From: Nostoc sp.
Lineage (GTDB): Bacteria > Cyanobacteriota > Cyanobacteriia > Cyanobacteriales > Nostocaceae
DNA: 64,000 bases
NCBI RefSeq assembly: GCF_036917775.1
Contig: NZ_JBALEQ010000109.1
Location: 34,763 to 98,762, forward strand
Reading direction: 5' to 3'
This document shows positions 28,546 through 38,545 of the stretch, in pieces (positions within the stretch are counted from its first letter, which is position 1; each line of letters opens with the position of its first letter). A program made the translations under genes and the position numbers. The notes under the pieces are model-generated. The model saw nothing but the letters and a program-made list of their open reading frames with translations, did no database searches and had not been told where the DNA came from.

Positions 28546-31404
28546 CTATAACCAATTGCCCACTAGGACGTAAGGTGCCCAAAATATGGGATGTTGATAC
28601 TTAGGGTTCTTTAATAAAGCTAATTGAGCTTGACGGAGTGCTTCGGCTTTAGTCAGCTGTTTGCTAATTAATTCTCCGTAGAACTGACTCATCAGTTCTG
28701 CTGTGGATTTATCATCCACATTCCACAAAGAAGCAAGGGTGCTGCGTGCCCCTGCCCGTACAGCTATCCCAGCAAGTCCTAAAGTCGCCCGCTTATCCCC
28801 AGCAGCAGTTTGGCAGGCGCTAAGAACCAGTAATTCGATCGCACCAGCTTTTTCGCTATCTCGAATCCGAAGTAGGCTATCTAACTGATTGACGTTGATC
28901 CGACCATCCCAGGTGAGAATAAACGTCTCCTCTGCTTTGGAACTAAACTGGCCGTGAGTTGCAAGGTGGACTACAGAGAAAAAAACAGAATTGATTTCTT
29001 TTTGGAAAGTTTTACTAGTAAATTCTTGATTGAGAAGCACTGTAGTCGGGACTTCAGACTTAATTTGATTCAACTCAAGCGCTACATTGCTAAGAGCAGA
29101 AAAGCCCTGACGAGCTTCAGTTATTCCGGCAGTCAAAACTTTTATTTGTTGTTGTGACAAAGACTTTGGGGCTAATAATTGTAACCCTGGAGTCAAAGCG
29201 ATCGCATATTTCTCGATCAGATATTGTTGACCGTCGTACAGAGCAGCCATTGGAATATTTCGCAAGGAACCATCCAAGACAAATACCAAAGTTTTGATTT
29301 GGGATTTGACTAAGTTTTGCTGTGCTGGTTGCAGCAGCCAATTATATACCTGCCTGGATAATGACTGAGTTTCTTGCAGTGTGTAAGGTTTGATCAGTTT
29401 TTGTCGCAATTGTTCTAAAGTTTTTTCCACTTCCATTGCAGTGATAGCGGTTTTGTAATGGCGCAACGGTTGTTGAGGTAACTTGAGAATAACTTCTAGT
29501 TTGTCTGCCAAAATAATTGGATAGATAACTGCTGCCGTCGGATCTTTTTGATCGATAACAGAGTCAATTTGGATTGGTTTTCCTTCCAAGCAAGCAACCC
29601 GAAAGAAGTTGTCAAGTTCAGCTAGTTGTAGAGATTCAATAACGGCGCGAGCTTGGATTAGGTTCTTTTGGGAGTTTCCTTCTGATTCCAACAGCAAATT
29701 GACCAACTGCCGATAGATTGGCTCTACTTCATCTCGAAAAGAAAACTGTACCTCTGGATTAATCGCAACTAAATCGTTGCGAAGGGACTGAAGGATTTTA
29801 ACTGATTCGGTGTAAGCTGCGATCGCCCCCTTAATATCTCCCTGTGCTTTCAGTAAGCGTCCTAGCTGCCATTGCCAGCGATAGGTAATATCTGGCACAT
29901 TGATCGCTTGGGATAGAATTAGGGCTTGCTGGGTGAGTTCTTGGGCGCTACTAATTTGTTGGGTCTGTTCGTATAATCCTCCCAAATTTCCCAGTGCATA
30001 AGCAACTGAGCGCTGGTCTTGTAAATCTTTGGCTTGTTGAACTGCTATAGCCAAAAGCTGGGCAATTTCTTTCACTTCGTGCCCGTTTACGCCTTTAGCT
30101 CTTAATTTCATGAGACTTTGAGCAAAGTTAATTCGAGCATAAATCGTCTTGCGACTGGAAGGCAAATTGGGGATTTGAAGTTGAATCTGAGACACCAACC
30201 CTTGAGCAGCAGTTAATTGATTGTCATCCAACAGTAAGTGAAGTTGATTCAAATCAGCTTGGATGCGTGTAGTTAAAGAGGTAGAGGTAGCGGCAGCCTG
30301 TTGATAGTAATTTAGAGCGGCTGGAATATCGTGCTGGGCTGTGGCGGTGTTGCCTAAACTGAGCCAAGTTTCACTGATTGTTTGAGGAGATTGCTCTGGC
30401 ATTCGCATTGCCACCTCTAAACTCTGCTGCAAAATTTGTCGAGATTGTTCTAAATTGCCAACTATTTGCAATACATTGCCAAAACTACGCAATCCCGTAG
30501 CTTTGAGAGTTGAGTCTGGTTCATTTTGCAAGTTTTGGTTAATCTCAGTTAATATTTTCTGGGCTTGACGATAATGCCCCAAAGTTTGCAATGCTTGGGC
30601 AGAGTTAATCTGGCTGCGGATTAAGTTAGTCTTGTCTTCTATCTGTGCATAAATTGCAGCTGTCTGTTGCCAGGTATTTAAAGCTGATTCAGCTTTTCCT
30701 TGTGCTAACTGTAGCCGACCTTGAATATCTAAAGCTTGGGCTAAAATTTGCGTGAGGGAGGCTGGCTCGGTAAAAGTGTTTATATTTTGTCCAGTCTGTA
30801 ATAGATTAAGACTTTGTGCGTGAAGCGAAGCGATCGCATTGCGAATCGCTTGACTGGCTTTAGACCACTCTCCTAATTGTTGATAAGCCAAGGAGAGATT
30901 GCTCAAACTCATGGCTTCCCTGAGTTCATCCTTTTGAGCTTTGAAAGCGATATATGCTTGTTGAAAGACTAAAGATGCTTCATAAAAACGTTCTGTTTCA
31001 TATAAATTTTTGCCCTGTTGAAATAACTCTTCGGCATTAGTTACACCTTGAACGAAGAGGCAGGGAGAAGAGAGTAGAGAGCAGAGGGGAATGACTTCTG
31101 ACTCCTGCTGTGAACCGAAGCGGAACATGGATTTAAGTCCCCCACTTAATAGAAGTGGTTTTTGTGGCTGTGGGGTCGAATCCCTATCTGAACTATCTCC
31201 CTTGCTCCCTGCCCTCTGCTCCCTTGCCTCTTTTTCAATAAGAGAGTTTTGGGCAGCTATAAAAGCGAAAGTAGGCGGTAATATACTAGTGGTTAAAAAC
31301 ACAACCAAGAGTAAGACTAGAATTCCCGAACGATTCACTTTTCTGTGTAAATACTTCAACAGACGGCGGATTCTCCAGAAACAGAAACCATTATTTCTTT
31401 TCAC
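28546..31404 (-). CDS. TPR plus CHAT (caspase-like) protease with a signal-peptide-like N-terminus
   Basis: TPR helices; catalytic His in VHLATHG and Cys in LVLSACQT; SLWNVDD and WAPYVLVGNWL. Confidence 0.92.
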   Translation of the reverse strand: MKRNNGFCFWRIRRLLKYLHRKVNRSGILVLLLVVFLTTSILPPTFAFIAAQNSLIEKEAREQRAGSKGDSSDRDSTPQPQKPLLLSGGLKSMFRFGSQQESEVIPLCSLLSSPCLFVQGVTNAEELFQQGKNLYETERFYEASLVFQQAYIAFKAQKDELREAMSLSNLSLAYQQLGEWSKASQAIRNAIASLHAQSLNLLQTGQNINTFTEPASLTQILAQALDIQGRLQLAQGKAESALNTWQQTAAIYAQIEDKTNLIRSQINSAQALQTLGHYRQAQKILTEINQNLQNEPDSTLKATGLRSFGNVLQIVGNLEQSRQILQQSLEVAMRMPEQSPQTISETWLSLGNTATAQHDIPAALNYYQQAAATSTSLTTRIQADLNQLHLLLDDNQLTAAQGLVSQIQLQIPNLPSSRKTIYARINFAQSLMKLRAKGVNGHEVKEIAQLLAIAVQQAKDLQDQRSVAYALGNLGGLYEQTQQISSAQELTQQALILSQAINVPDITYRWQWQLGRLLKAQGDIKGAIAAYTESVKILQSLRNDLVAINPEVQFSFRDEVEPIYRQLVNLLLESEGNSQKNLIQARAVIESLQLAELDNFFRVACLEGKPIQIDSVIDQKDPTAAVIYPIILADKLEVILKLPQQPLRHYKTAITAMEVEKTLEQLRQKLIKPYTLQETQSLSRQVYNWLLQPAQQNLVKSQIKTLVFVLDGSLRNIPMAALYDGQQYLIEKYAIALTPGLQLLAPKSLSQQQIKVLTAGITEARQGFSALSNVALELNQIKSEVPTTVLLNQEFTSKTFQKEINSVFFSVVHLATHGQFSSKAEETFILTWDGRINVNQLDSLLRIRDSEKAGAIELLVLSACQTAAGDKRATLGLAGIAVRAGARSTLASLWNVDDKSTAELMSQFYGELISKQLTKAEALRQAQLALLKNPKYQHPIFWAPYVLVGNWL
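31055..31232. mobile_element. MITE-like insert with heptamer-derived imperfect terminal inverted repeats, in frame within the CHAT gene
   Basis: aagaggcagggagaagag... and ...ctccctgccctctgctcccttgcctctt; encodes a low-complexity stretch after the signal peptide. Confidence 0.5.
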
Positions 31405-31517
31405 ATTCTTGCCCTCAATGCCCTTTGCGTCTTTGCAAAAGATATCTGGTCTTACGCTGGCAATCTATTTACTAGTCATTCATGATAAGCAAGTGGGCGT
31501 AGATAATTGCCTATTGC

Positions 31518-31574
31518 TCATTCCCTATTCCCCATTTCCTATTCCCTATTCCCCATTCCCCATTCCCCATTCCC
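31518..31574. repeat. STRR heptamer array (CCCCATT/CCCTATT)
   Basis: About 8 tandem 7-mers. Confidence 0.9.
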
Positions 31575-31600
31575 AACAATAATTATTTCCGCCAACCAAT

Positions 31601-34318
31601 TTAGTCTTGTTGCCACAAATTGCATGATTCTGGAGTCAACCCAGAATTATTGGATGTGACAGTGGGTGCAGAAGCTATGAGCAGCACCTCGCCATTTTTA
31701 CCTATTACCCACCCTTGAGCTTCGATTATAGGAGCGGGGAGAGGAGGAGATGCGATCGCATTTCTTCCTGTCCGAGAGCGACTTATTTTCGGGTCAAGAG
31801 TAACTAAATTTACCTCAATTGCATCACCCTTAAGTATCTCATTGGGATTGTCTGGCAAGCCGCCGCGTCCTGTGGTAACAAAACTACTAGTCTGCTCACC
31901 TCTGGGAGTACAGCCTTGAGCAATTTGTTGTGAGGCATCAACTAAATTTGTTGGCAGTTGGGCTAATCCCCGACTAGGGTCAACATCAGATGTAGTAATT
32001 TTTACATTTCCACTGAACTCACGACTTACCCCTGTAGCGGTAATATCACTCGTTTGCTCGGATGGCAAATCTCGCAGTTGAGTCCCAAAAATACTTTGGG
32101 CATTAATTCTGACATTTCCTCCACGGAAGTTAGTAGAATTAGCGCTGATGTCACTATTTTGATCGGCAACTAGAAAATCAGTGTCAATGTTGATATTACC
32201 ACCGATGACATTTTCTCCAGTGGCGTTAGTTCTGATGTTACTATTGCTACTCATCGCCAAAATTTTTGAGTTAATACTAATTGTCGCCTGCTCTAAGTTG
32301 GGTTCCACTTGAACGTTGCGTGTATTAGCGCTGAGTAAGGCGTTGTTGTTTAAGCGGATAAAGTTTGCATTTACTGTCATGTTGCCTGCGGTTCCTGTTC
32401 CAGAACTCTGCACGCTGACCCTAGCACCATCTCGCACTAGCAACGTATTAGTTGTAATAGTCAAATCTCCTGCATCCCCTGTTGAGTTTGGCTGTGCTGA
32501 AGTAAACAAGCCACTACCAAACCGATTATCTGCGCTTCTACCAATCAGCTGCACGTCAAAAGCATCAACGGTTAAATTTCCCCCTTTACCCGCACCAAAT
32601 GTACTCGTAATGACCTGTGCCCCTCCTTGAATGAGCAATTTCCCTGTGCTAATTGTCATGTCTCCTGCATCTCCGGTTGAGCCTGGGTTTGCTTGAGTAA
32701 GCAAGAAGCTAGTACCAGTCAGTTGTAAAATATCTGCTTTTATAGTCAAATTCCCACCCTTGCCTGTCAGAAGTGTACCAGCGCTAACTGATGTCCCATC
32801 TTCTAAACGTAGGTTGTTAGTGTTAATTGTTATATCACCTGCTTTTCCTGGGCCAAGTGTTGAAGCGCTAATCCGTCCCCCTTTCTGCATTAATAACTCA
32901 TGAGTATTAATTGTCAGGTCGCCTGCATCACCTGTTGAGTCTTGGGCAGCGCTAGTAAACAAACCAGTGTTACCAACAATTTGTATAGAATCAGTGGCAT
33001 TCACTGTCAAGCTTCCTGCCTTACCCTCACCGAAAGTTGCAGTCGTAATTTCAGCTCCCCTTTCCAACACTCGTAAATGTTGAGTATTAATTGTCAAATT
33101 CCCCGCATCACCTGTTGCTCCTGACTGAACTGTAGTTATTAAATCGCTACTAATGACTTGTACAGAATTTTGAGCATTAATAGTTAAATCTCCACCTCTG
33201 CCCGCACTTAATGTACCAACAGCAACTTGCACTCCATCCTCCATAAGGAAGTCACGGGCGTTGACGATTAGATTCCCCCCCTTTCCCTTTGCTTGTTCGC
33301 GTACATTATTGAAGACAAAGCTCCTTTGCCTTGCAACTTTTATTTCTCCTGTAGCATTGAGCGTAATATCTCCTGCCACAGAGCTAACTGAGCCTAAACC
33401 TTTTGCAATACCGGCACTTAAGAAACTTCCTCCCAAAATCTCTATATTTCGGGCATTGGCTGTAATACTACCACCACCTCCACTTTCTACACTTACACCA
33501 GCACCATTAGTTAAAGATATATCTGCTCGCGTTACGTTATCAGGAAAGCCCAAACTTAAATTGTCGCCATCGACTTGAAGCCCTACAGTTCCACTGGCGG
33601 ACAATCCTCCCAACTCGACTCTGCCACCATAAGCATTTAGTTGACCGCCATTCATGCTGATATTCCTGCCTACTAGCAGCAAACTTTTACCATCTGGAAC
33701 ACGTAGACCAAACGAATTTTCACCTGCTGGAGTTAGTCCGGCTGGCGAGGTTGAGTTATTTTGAATGGATGCAGCAATTTGATTGAAGAGTAAAGCGGAA
33801 GGATTGACTGTCAGCAAAGGCGAGGGTGGTTCTGGATTGTCAGCGCTCAAAATACCTTGAGTTCCAAATTGTATGGCTTTGGCAGTAGTGGCAACAAAGG
33901 AACCACGTATATCTAAACGCGCATTTTGCCCAAAAATAATTCCATTCGGATTGAGTAAAAACAGATTGGCTGTACCGTTGGCTTGAATCAATCCATTAAT
34001 GTTAGAGATAGACGAACCTGTGACTCGACTGATTATGTTCTGAATATCTGTAGCATTGTTGAAGATCGCTGTACCTCCAGTTTGGACAGAAAATTGATCA
34101 AAGCTGTGGAACAAATTTTTACCCCGCGTTGCTCCGCCCGAAATTACATTAACGGCGGAATCGGGAGTTTGGGGTGTAACTATAGAACTTTCAGATCCTA
34201 AAGTGGCATCGGGTACGAGCTGGGCTACCGTGGATTCACAACAAGCGATCGCTCCACCTATCATTAACCCACTTACCAAGTACGATGTCCACCTGCAACT
34301 GCGATCGCTTGTAAGCAT
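31601..34318 (-). CDS. Filamentous haemagglutinin N-terminal domain (TpsA-like) secreted beta-helix protein
   Basis: Signal peptide, NLFHSFDQFSV, NIISRVTG, NLFLLNPNGIIFG, repeated GDAGNLTI units, C-terminal GRGGLP and EAQGW. Confidence 0.92.
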   Translation of the reverse strand: MLTSDRSCRWTSYLVSGLMIGGAIACCESTVAQLVPDATLGSESSIVTPQTPDSAVNVISGGATRGKNLFHSFDQFSVQTGGTAIFNNATDIQNIISRVTGSSISNINGLIQANGTANLFLLNPNGIIFGQNARLDIRGSFVATTAKAIQFGTQGILSADNPEPPSPLLTVNPSALLFNQIAASIQNNSTSPAGLTPAGENSFGLRVPDGKSLLLVGRNISMNGGQLNAYGGRVELGGLSASGTVGLQVDGDNLSLGFPDNVTRADISLTNGAGVSVESGGGGSITANARNIEILGGSFLSAGIAKGLGSVSSVAGDITLNATGEIKVARQRSFVFNNVREQAKGKGGNLIVNARDFLMEDGVQVAVGTLSAGRGGDLTINAQNSVQVISSDLITTVQSGATGDAGNLTINTQHLRVLERGAEITTATFGEGKAGSLTVNATDSIQIVGNTGLFTSAAQDSTGDAGDLTINTHELLMQKGGRISASTLGPGKAGDITINTNNLRLEDGTSVSAGTLLTGKGGNLTIKADILQLTGTSFLLTQANPGSTGDAGDMTISTGKLLIQGGAQVITSTFGAGKGGNLTVDAFDVQLIGRSADNRFGSGLFTSAQPNSTGDAGDLTITTNTLLVRDGARVSVQSSGTGTAGNMTVNANFIRLNNNALLSANTRNVQVEPNLEQATISINSKILAMSSNSNIRTNATGENVIGGNINIDTDFLVADQNSDISANSTNFRGGNVRINAQSIFGTQLRDLPSEQTSDITATGVSREFSGNVKITTSDVDPSRGLAQLPTNLVDASQQIAQGCTPRGEQTSSFVTTGRGGLPDNPNEILKGDAIEVNLVTLDPKISRSRTGRNAIASPPLPAPIIEAQGWVIGKNGEVLLIASAPTVTSNNSGLTPESCNLWQQD

Positions 34319-34664
34319 CTGAGAATTTACCTGTTGAACGAAATTCTGCCGCGCAGTCCTGGTAACTAGAAGTGGCGGCTAAATGAATGAGACTTTCCCC
34401 ATCTTTGTGAGTTTGAAAGTTTTGATTTTTTATTAGAAGAAAAATAGACGAAACCCATAGACACGGAGCGGCTACTCTACGAGTTCTCCAACGGAGTCCC
34501 GCAACATAGCACAGAAAGAAGTCTAAAAATTTGGTACAGCCTCACAAAAAAATGGTATTACCTATTGAAAATGTTGAGGAGGGGGTAAAGGCAAAATATT
34601 GAAACTAAGTACAGCATTTTATTAATTCGTAGCGAATTAGATTTGGCAATCTAGTGCAATGCCA

Positions 34665-34811
34665 ATGCGTCAGCTTGCATTGTTAATGCGTTGGCTTGCA
34701 TTGTTAATACGTTGGCTTGCATTGTTAATGTGTCGGCTTACATTGTTAATGCGTTGGCTTGCATTGGTAATGTGTTGGCTTGCATTAGTAATGCGTCAGC
34801 TTACATTAAAA
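34665..34811. repeat. 21-nt tandem array x7 (ATGCGTTGGCTTGCATTGTTA consensus)
   Basis: Units start at 34665, 34686, 34707, 34728, 34749, 34770 and 34791. Confidence 0.95.
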
Positions 34812-34960
34812 ACGCTACATTTTGACGCAAAACTTTACTAAGCGGGATTTTGCTGAAGTTGAGAGCATAAACAATCTTAAACCCCCACAGCATTTGGATA
34901 GGCATTTTTCAGTTTCCTTGTGGGCTAGGTAAAGGGTAAAGGATGTATTTAAAACTTCCC

Positions 34961-35071
34961 CTTTAACCGAACCGTATTGTCTTATGCCCCTACTTGATAA
35001 TCCAATACGGTTCAAAGCGCTACTTATACAAAATCATGGGTTTTGAGACGCGATAAATCGCCGTCTCTACA
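34961..35071. repeat. Dispersed repeat cluster: aatacggttc motif pair plus REP-like hairpin
   Basis: ttaaccgaaccgtattg (34961-34979), inverted caatacggttc (35003-35013), gagacgcgataaatcgccgtctctaca (35045-35071). Confidence 0.75.
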
Positions 35072-35098
35072 AGTTGTATTGTCTGAGTAATCCATAAA

Positions 35099-36010
35099 CT
35101 AAAATCCTAATTTCTCCAACACTGGCTTAGTGGAAACAACGTGCCGTTCTAAACCCAGTTCTTTTGGACTAACCCCAAGTGCTAAAGCAATCAACTGAGG
35201 TAAATGCAATACTGGTAAACCTAACTTTTGCTCAATTACCTTTTCCACCTCTGGCTGACGCGAGTCTAAATTTAAGTGGCACAGTGGGCAAGGTGTAACT
35301 ATACAGTCAGCACCAGATGTCAAAGCGTCCTGAATATGCGTCCCCGCCATCTTGAAAGATTGGGTAGTGGCATAACTAGCAAGAGGCCAACCACAACATT
35401 GTGTCCGGCCTCGGTAATAAATTGGTGTTGCACCTACAGCCCGAAACATATTTTCCATCGCTTCTGGTTGGAACGGGTCGTCATCAGGCATGGATTTTTG
35501 GGCGCGGAGGAGATAACAGCCATAAAAAGCCGCGCATTTTAATCCACTTAACTTTCGGGTGACACGTTTGGTAATTTCGTCTAAACCGTAATCTGTCACC
35601 AAAGCGTAGAGAAGATGTTTAACGTCAGTACTGCCACGATAAGGCGAACAGCCTTCTTTATGCAGCAAGCCATTCACCTGTTCAATGTATGTAGGATCAG
35701 TTGTCTTACATTCTTTCAGGTGTTCGTTCACATGACCAATAACACCTTGACAAGTACTGCAATGGGTAAGTAAGGGCAAATTTAATTCTTCTGCTAGGGC
35801 GATATTTCTAGCGTTGACTGTATCTTCTAACAGTTGAGAATCTTCTTTAAATGTGCCCGAACCACAGCAAGCAGCTTTTTTAAGTTCAACCAATTCAATA
35901 CCTAGTGCTTTAGTAAGGGCTTGAGTTGACTGGTAAAGTTCCCGACAGGCCCCTTGAGCAACACAACCAGGGAAATAAGCGTACTTGAGTTTGAGTGTCT
36001 GAGATAGCAT
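35099..36010 (-). CDS. hdrB: Heterodisulfide reductase subunit B-like CCG-domain protein
   Basis: YFPGC, AACCG, CSTC, FYGC, QCCG and CPLC cysteine motifs. Confidence 0.9.
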   Translation of the reverse strand: MLSQTLKLKYAYFPGCVAQGACRELYQSTQALTKALGIELVELKKAACCGSGTFKEDSQLLEDTVNARNIALAEELNLPLLTHCSTCQGVIGHVNEHLKECKTTDPTYIEQVNGLLHKEGCSPYRGSTDVKHLLYALVTDYGLDEITKRVTRKLSGLKCAAFYGCYLLRAQKSMPDDDPFQPEAMENMFRAVGATPIYYRGRTQCCGWPLASYATTQSFKMAGTHIQDALTSGADCIVTPCPLCHLNLDSRQPEVEKVIEQKLGLPVLHLPQLIALALGVSPKELGLERHVVSTKPVLEKLGF

Positions 36011-36433
36011 AGAGGTATATTTGGGTTAGAGCGATCGCTTTAAACAATAACTGTTTTATTACTTCCTTGTTAGCACCAAAATTATGATGTTTGACCTTCA
36101 GCGATTCTTTAACCATCTAGGTTCAAAGCTGGAGTGTCTACATATTCTGATTGCTAGCAAGGCTGTAAATACCGATCGAGACATTGTAAAAAAATTTAGC
36201 AATAATTGACAATCAAAGCATTTACACGGTATCGACGATGGCGTAGTCCGCTCCCATAAACAACTGTTCCCAGAAAATTTACCCGATTCTTTTGAGGAAC
36301 AGGAGAGTTTTTCTAATAGAAAAACCCTTGGTAGTATACGGGCGATCGCGCTTGACGATAAGATGTATATGCTCAAAACAATGTCTTCTCTAAAGAGTAG
36401 ATCCTAGCAACTGGTTAAGGACTTTTATTATTT

Positions 36434-36688
36434 ATGAGTCAAACGGAACTTTTTGAAAAGGTCAAGAAAATCGTCATCGAACAACTTAGCGTTGAAGATG
36501 AGAAGAAAATCACCCCACAAGCTAAGTTTATGGAAGATTTAGGAGCTGATTCCCTAGATACTGTTGAACTCGTGATGGCTTTGGAAGAAGAATTTGATAT
36601 CGAAATTCCCGACGAAGCTGCCGAGCAGATTGTATCGGTTCAAGACGCAGTAGATTATATCAATAACAAAGTTGCTGCATCAGCTTAA
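36434..36688 (+). CDS. acpP: Acyl carrier protein
   Basis: [20 protein letters not shown] phosphopantetheine site. Confidence 0.98.
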   Translation: MSQTELFEKVKKIVIEQLSVEDEKKITPQAKFMEDLGADSLDTVELVMALEEEFDIEIPDEAAEQIVSVQDAVDYINNKVAASA

Positions 36689-36982
36689 AAAAAGTTTTGA
36701 GTCTCTGTTCGCCCTTGGAGTCTCCGATTGAGAGAAGTTCAGATGGCTTTGTCTCGCTCCCTCTGGGCGTTTATGGCAAAAACCACTGCTTTGACTTTTA
36801 ACTGAGTGCTGAACAGTTAAAAGTCTAAGAGTTAGAGTTTTCGGAGGCAAAAGTTCGGAGTTTTCTCCATCTTTGGGTGCTTCCAAAACTCAGAACTCAG
36901 GACGGGCTAAACCCTAGCTAGCCGCTAACATAACTCAGCACTGTTTAATGCCTGCTGCTTTTTCGCCACCTTTAACTGAATC

Positions 36983-38233
36983 ATGACAGATCATACACGT
37001 AAACGCGTTGTTGTAACTGGTGTTGGCGCGATTACACCGATAGGTAACACAGCAACAGAATATTGGGATGGATTATTGAGTGGACGTAATGGCATTGACT
37101 ACATCACATTTTTTGATGCGTCTAGCCATGATTGCCGCATTGCTGGTGAGGTAAAAAACTTCGATCCACATGATTACTTGGAGCGCAAAGATGCCAAGCG
37201 CATGGATCGATTTGCCCAATTTGGGGTTTCAGCAGCAAAACAAGCTATAGCTAACGCGCAGTTAGTTATTAATGAACTGAATGCAGAACAGGTAGGTGTC
37301 ATGATCGGTTCTGGCGTTGGCGGCATTAAGGTATTAGAAGACCAGCAAACGATCTACCTCAACCGTGGGCCCGATCGCTGTAGTCCATTCATGATACCGA
37401 TGATGATCGCTAATATGGCAGCAGGATTGACGGCAATTCACACGGGTGCTAAAGGCCCTAATTCCTGTCCTGTAACTGCCTGCGCTGCTGGATCTAATGC
37501 TGTAGGCGATGCGTTCCGCTTAATTCAAGGGGGATATGCCAAAGCGATGATTTGCGGCGGAACAGAGGCAGCTGTGACACCATTATCAATGGCTGGGTTT
37601 GCTGCCTGCAAAGCCCTTTCTTTTCGCAATGACGATCCGGCTCATGCTTGCCGCCCCTTTGACCGCGATCGCAACGGATTTATATTAGGTGAAGGTTCAG
37701 GAATTTTAATTCTCGAAGAACTGCAACACGCCCTAAGTCGCGGCGCTCACATTTATGCCGAAATGATCGGCTATGGTATGACCTGTGACGCATACCATAT
37801 CACTTCCCCCGTCCCTGGCGGATTAGGTGCAGCAAGAGCCATAGAACTGGCGCTCAAAGATGCTAGTATAACTCCCGAACAAATTAGCTACATTAATGCC
37901 CACGGCACTAGTACCCCGGCGAATGATTCAACTGAAACCTCAGCCATCAAAAAAGCCTTGGGAGAACACGCCTATAAGGTGGCAATTAGCTCGACCAAAT
38001 CGATGACAGGTCATTTATTAGGCGGTTCTGGAGGTATTGAAGCTGTGGCAACAGTACTGGCGATCGCTAATGACCAAATTCCACCAACAATCAATCTAGA
38101 AAATCCCGATCCAGAATGTGACTTAGATTACGTGCCTAACTACAGCCGCGCTCAAAAAGTCGAGGTGGCAATATCCAATTCTTTTGGATTTGGTGGTCAT
38201 AATGTCACACTGGCCTTTAAGAAATACGTTTAA
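36983..38233 (+). CDS. fabF: 3-oxoacyl-ACP synthase II
   Basis: VTACAAG catalytic Cys, NAHGTST, GHLLG, SNSFGFGGHN. Confidence 0.97.
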   Translation: MTDHTRKRVVVTGVGAITPIGNTATEYWDGLLSGRNGIDYITFFDASSHDCRIAGEVKNFDPHDYLERKDAKRMDRFAQFGVSAAKQAIANAQLVINELNAEQVGVMIGSGVGGIKVLEDQQTIYLNRGPDRCSPFMIPMMIANMAAGLTAIHTGAKGPNSCPVTACAAGSNAVGDAFRLIQGGYAKAMICGGTEAAVTPLSMAGFAACKALSFRNDDPAHACRPFDRDRNGFILGEGSGILILEELQHALSRGAHIYAEMIGYGMTCDAYHITSPVPGGLGAARAIELALKDASITPEQISYINAHGTSTPANDSTETSAIKKALGEHAYKVAISSTKSMTGHLLGGSGGIEAVATVLAIANDQIPPTINLENPDPECDLDYVPNYSRAQKVEVAISNSFGFGGHNVTLAFKKYV

Positions 38234-38239
38234 AAGAGT

Positions 38240-38341
38240 CAGGGGAGCAGGGAGCAGGGAGATGAGGAGATGAGATACAGGAATTAATAACCAATGCCCC
38301 ATTCCCCATTCCCCATTCCCCATTCCCCATTCCCCATGCCC
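38240..38341. repeat. STRR heptamer arrays (GGGAGCA; CCCCATT x6)
   Basis: Direct reading of the fabF-tkt spacer. Confidence 0.9.
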
Positions 38342-38545
38342 AAAGTATCAGAAATATCATTCCGATATAACTTAAGCGTTCAGCATGACCCAATTATCAG
38401 CTTGATTTATCACCATAAACTCAGGAGATCCCGCTTGTCCATCGACAAGCGGGAGTGGGATGATGAGGATACTGTGGGGAATCTAAAATAACCCCAGCAA
38501 AAGAAGCTACGAAGAGTGCTAACCCGTCGTTAAAAACAAGAGATT

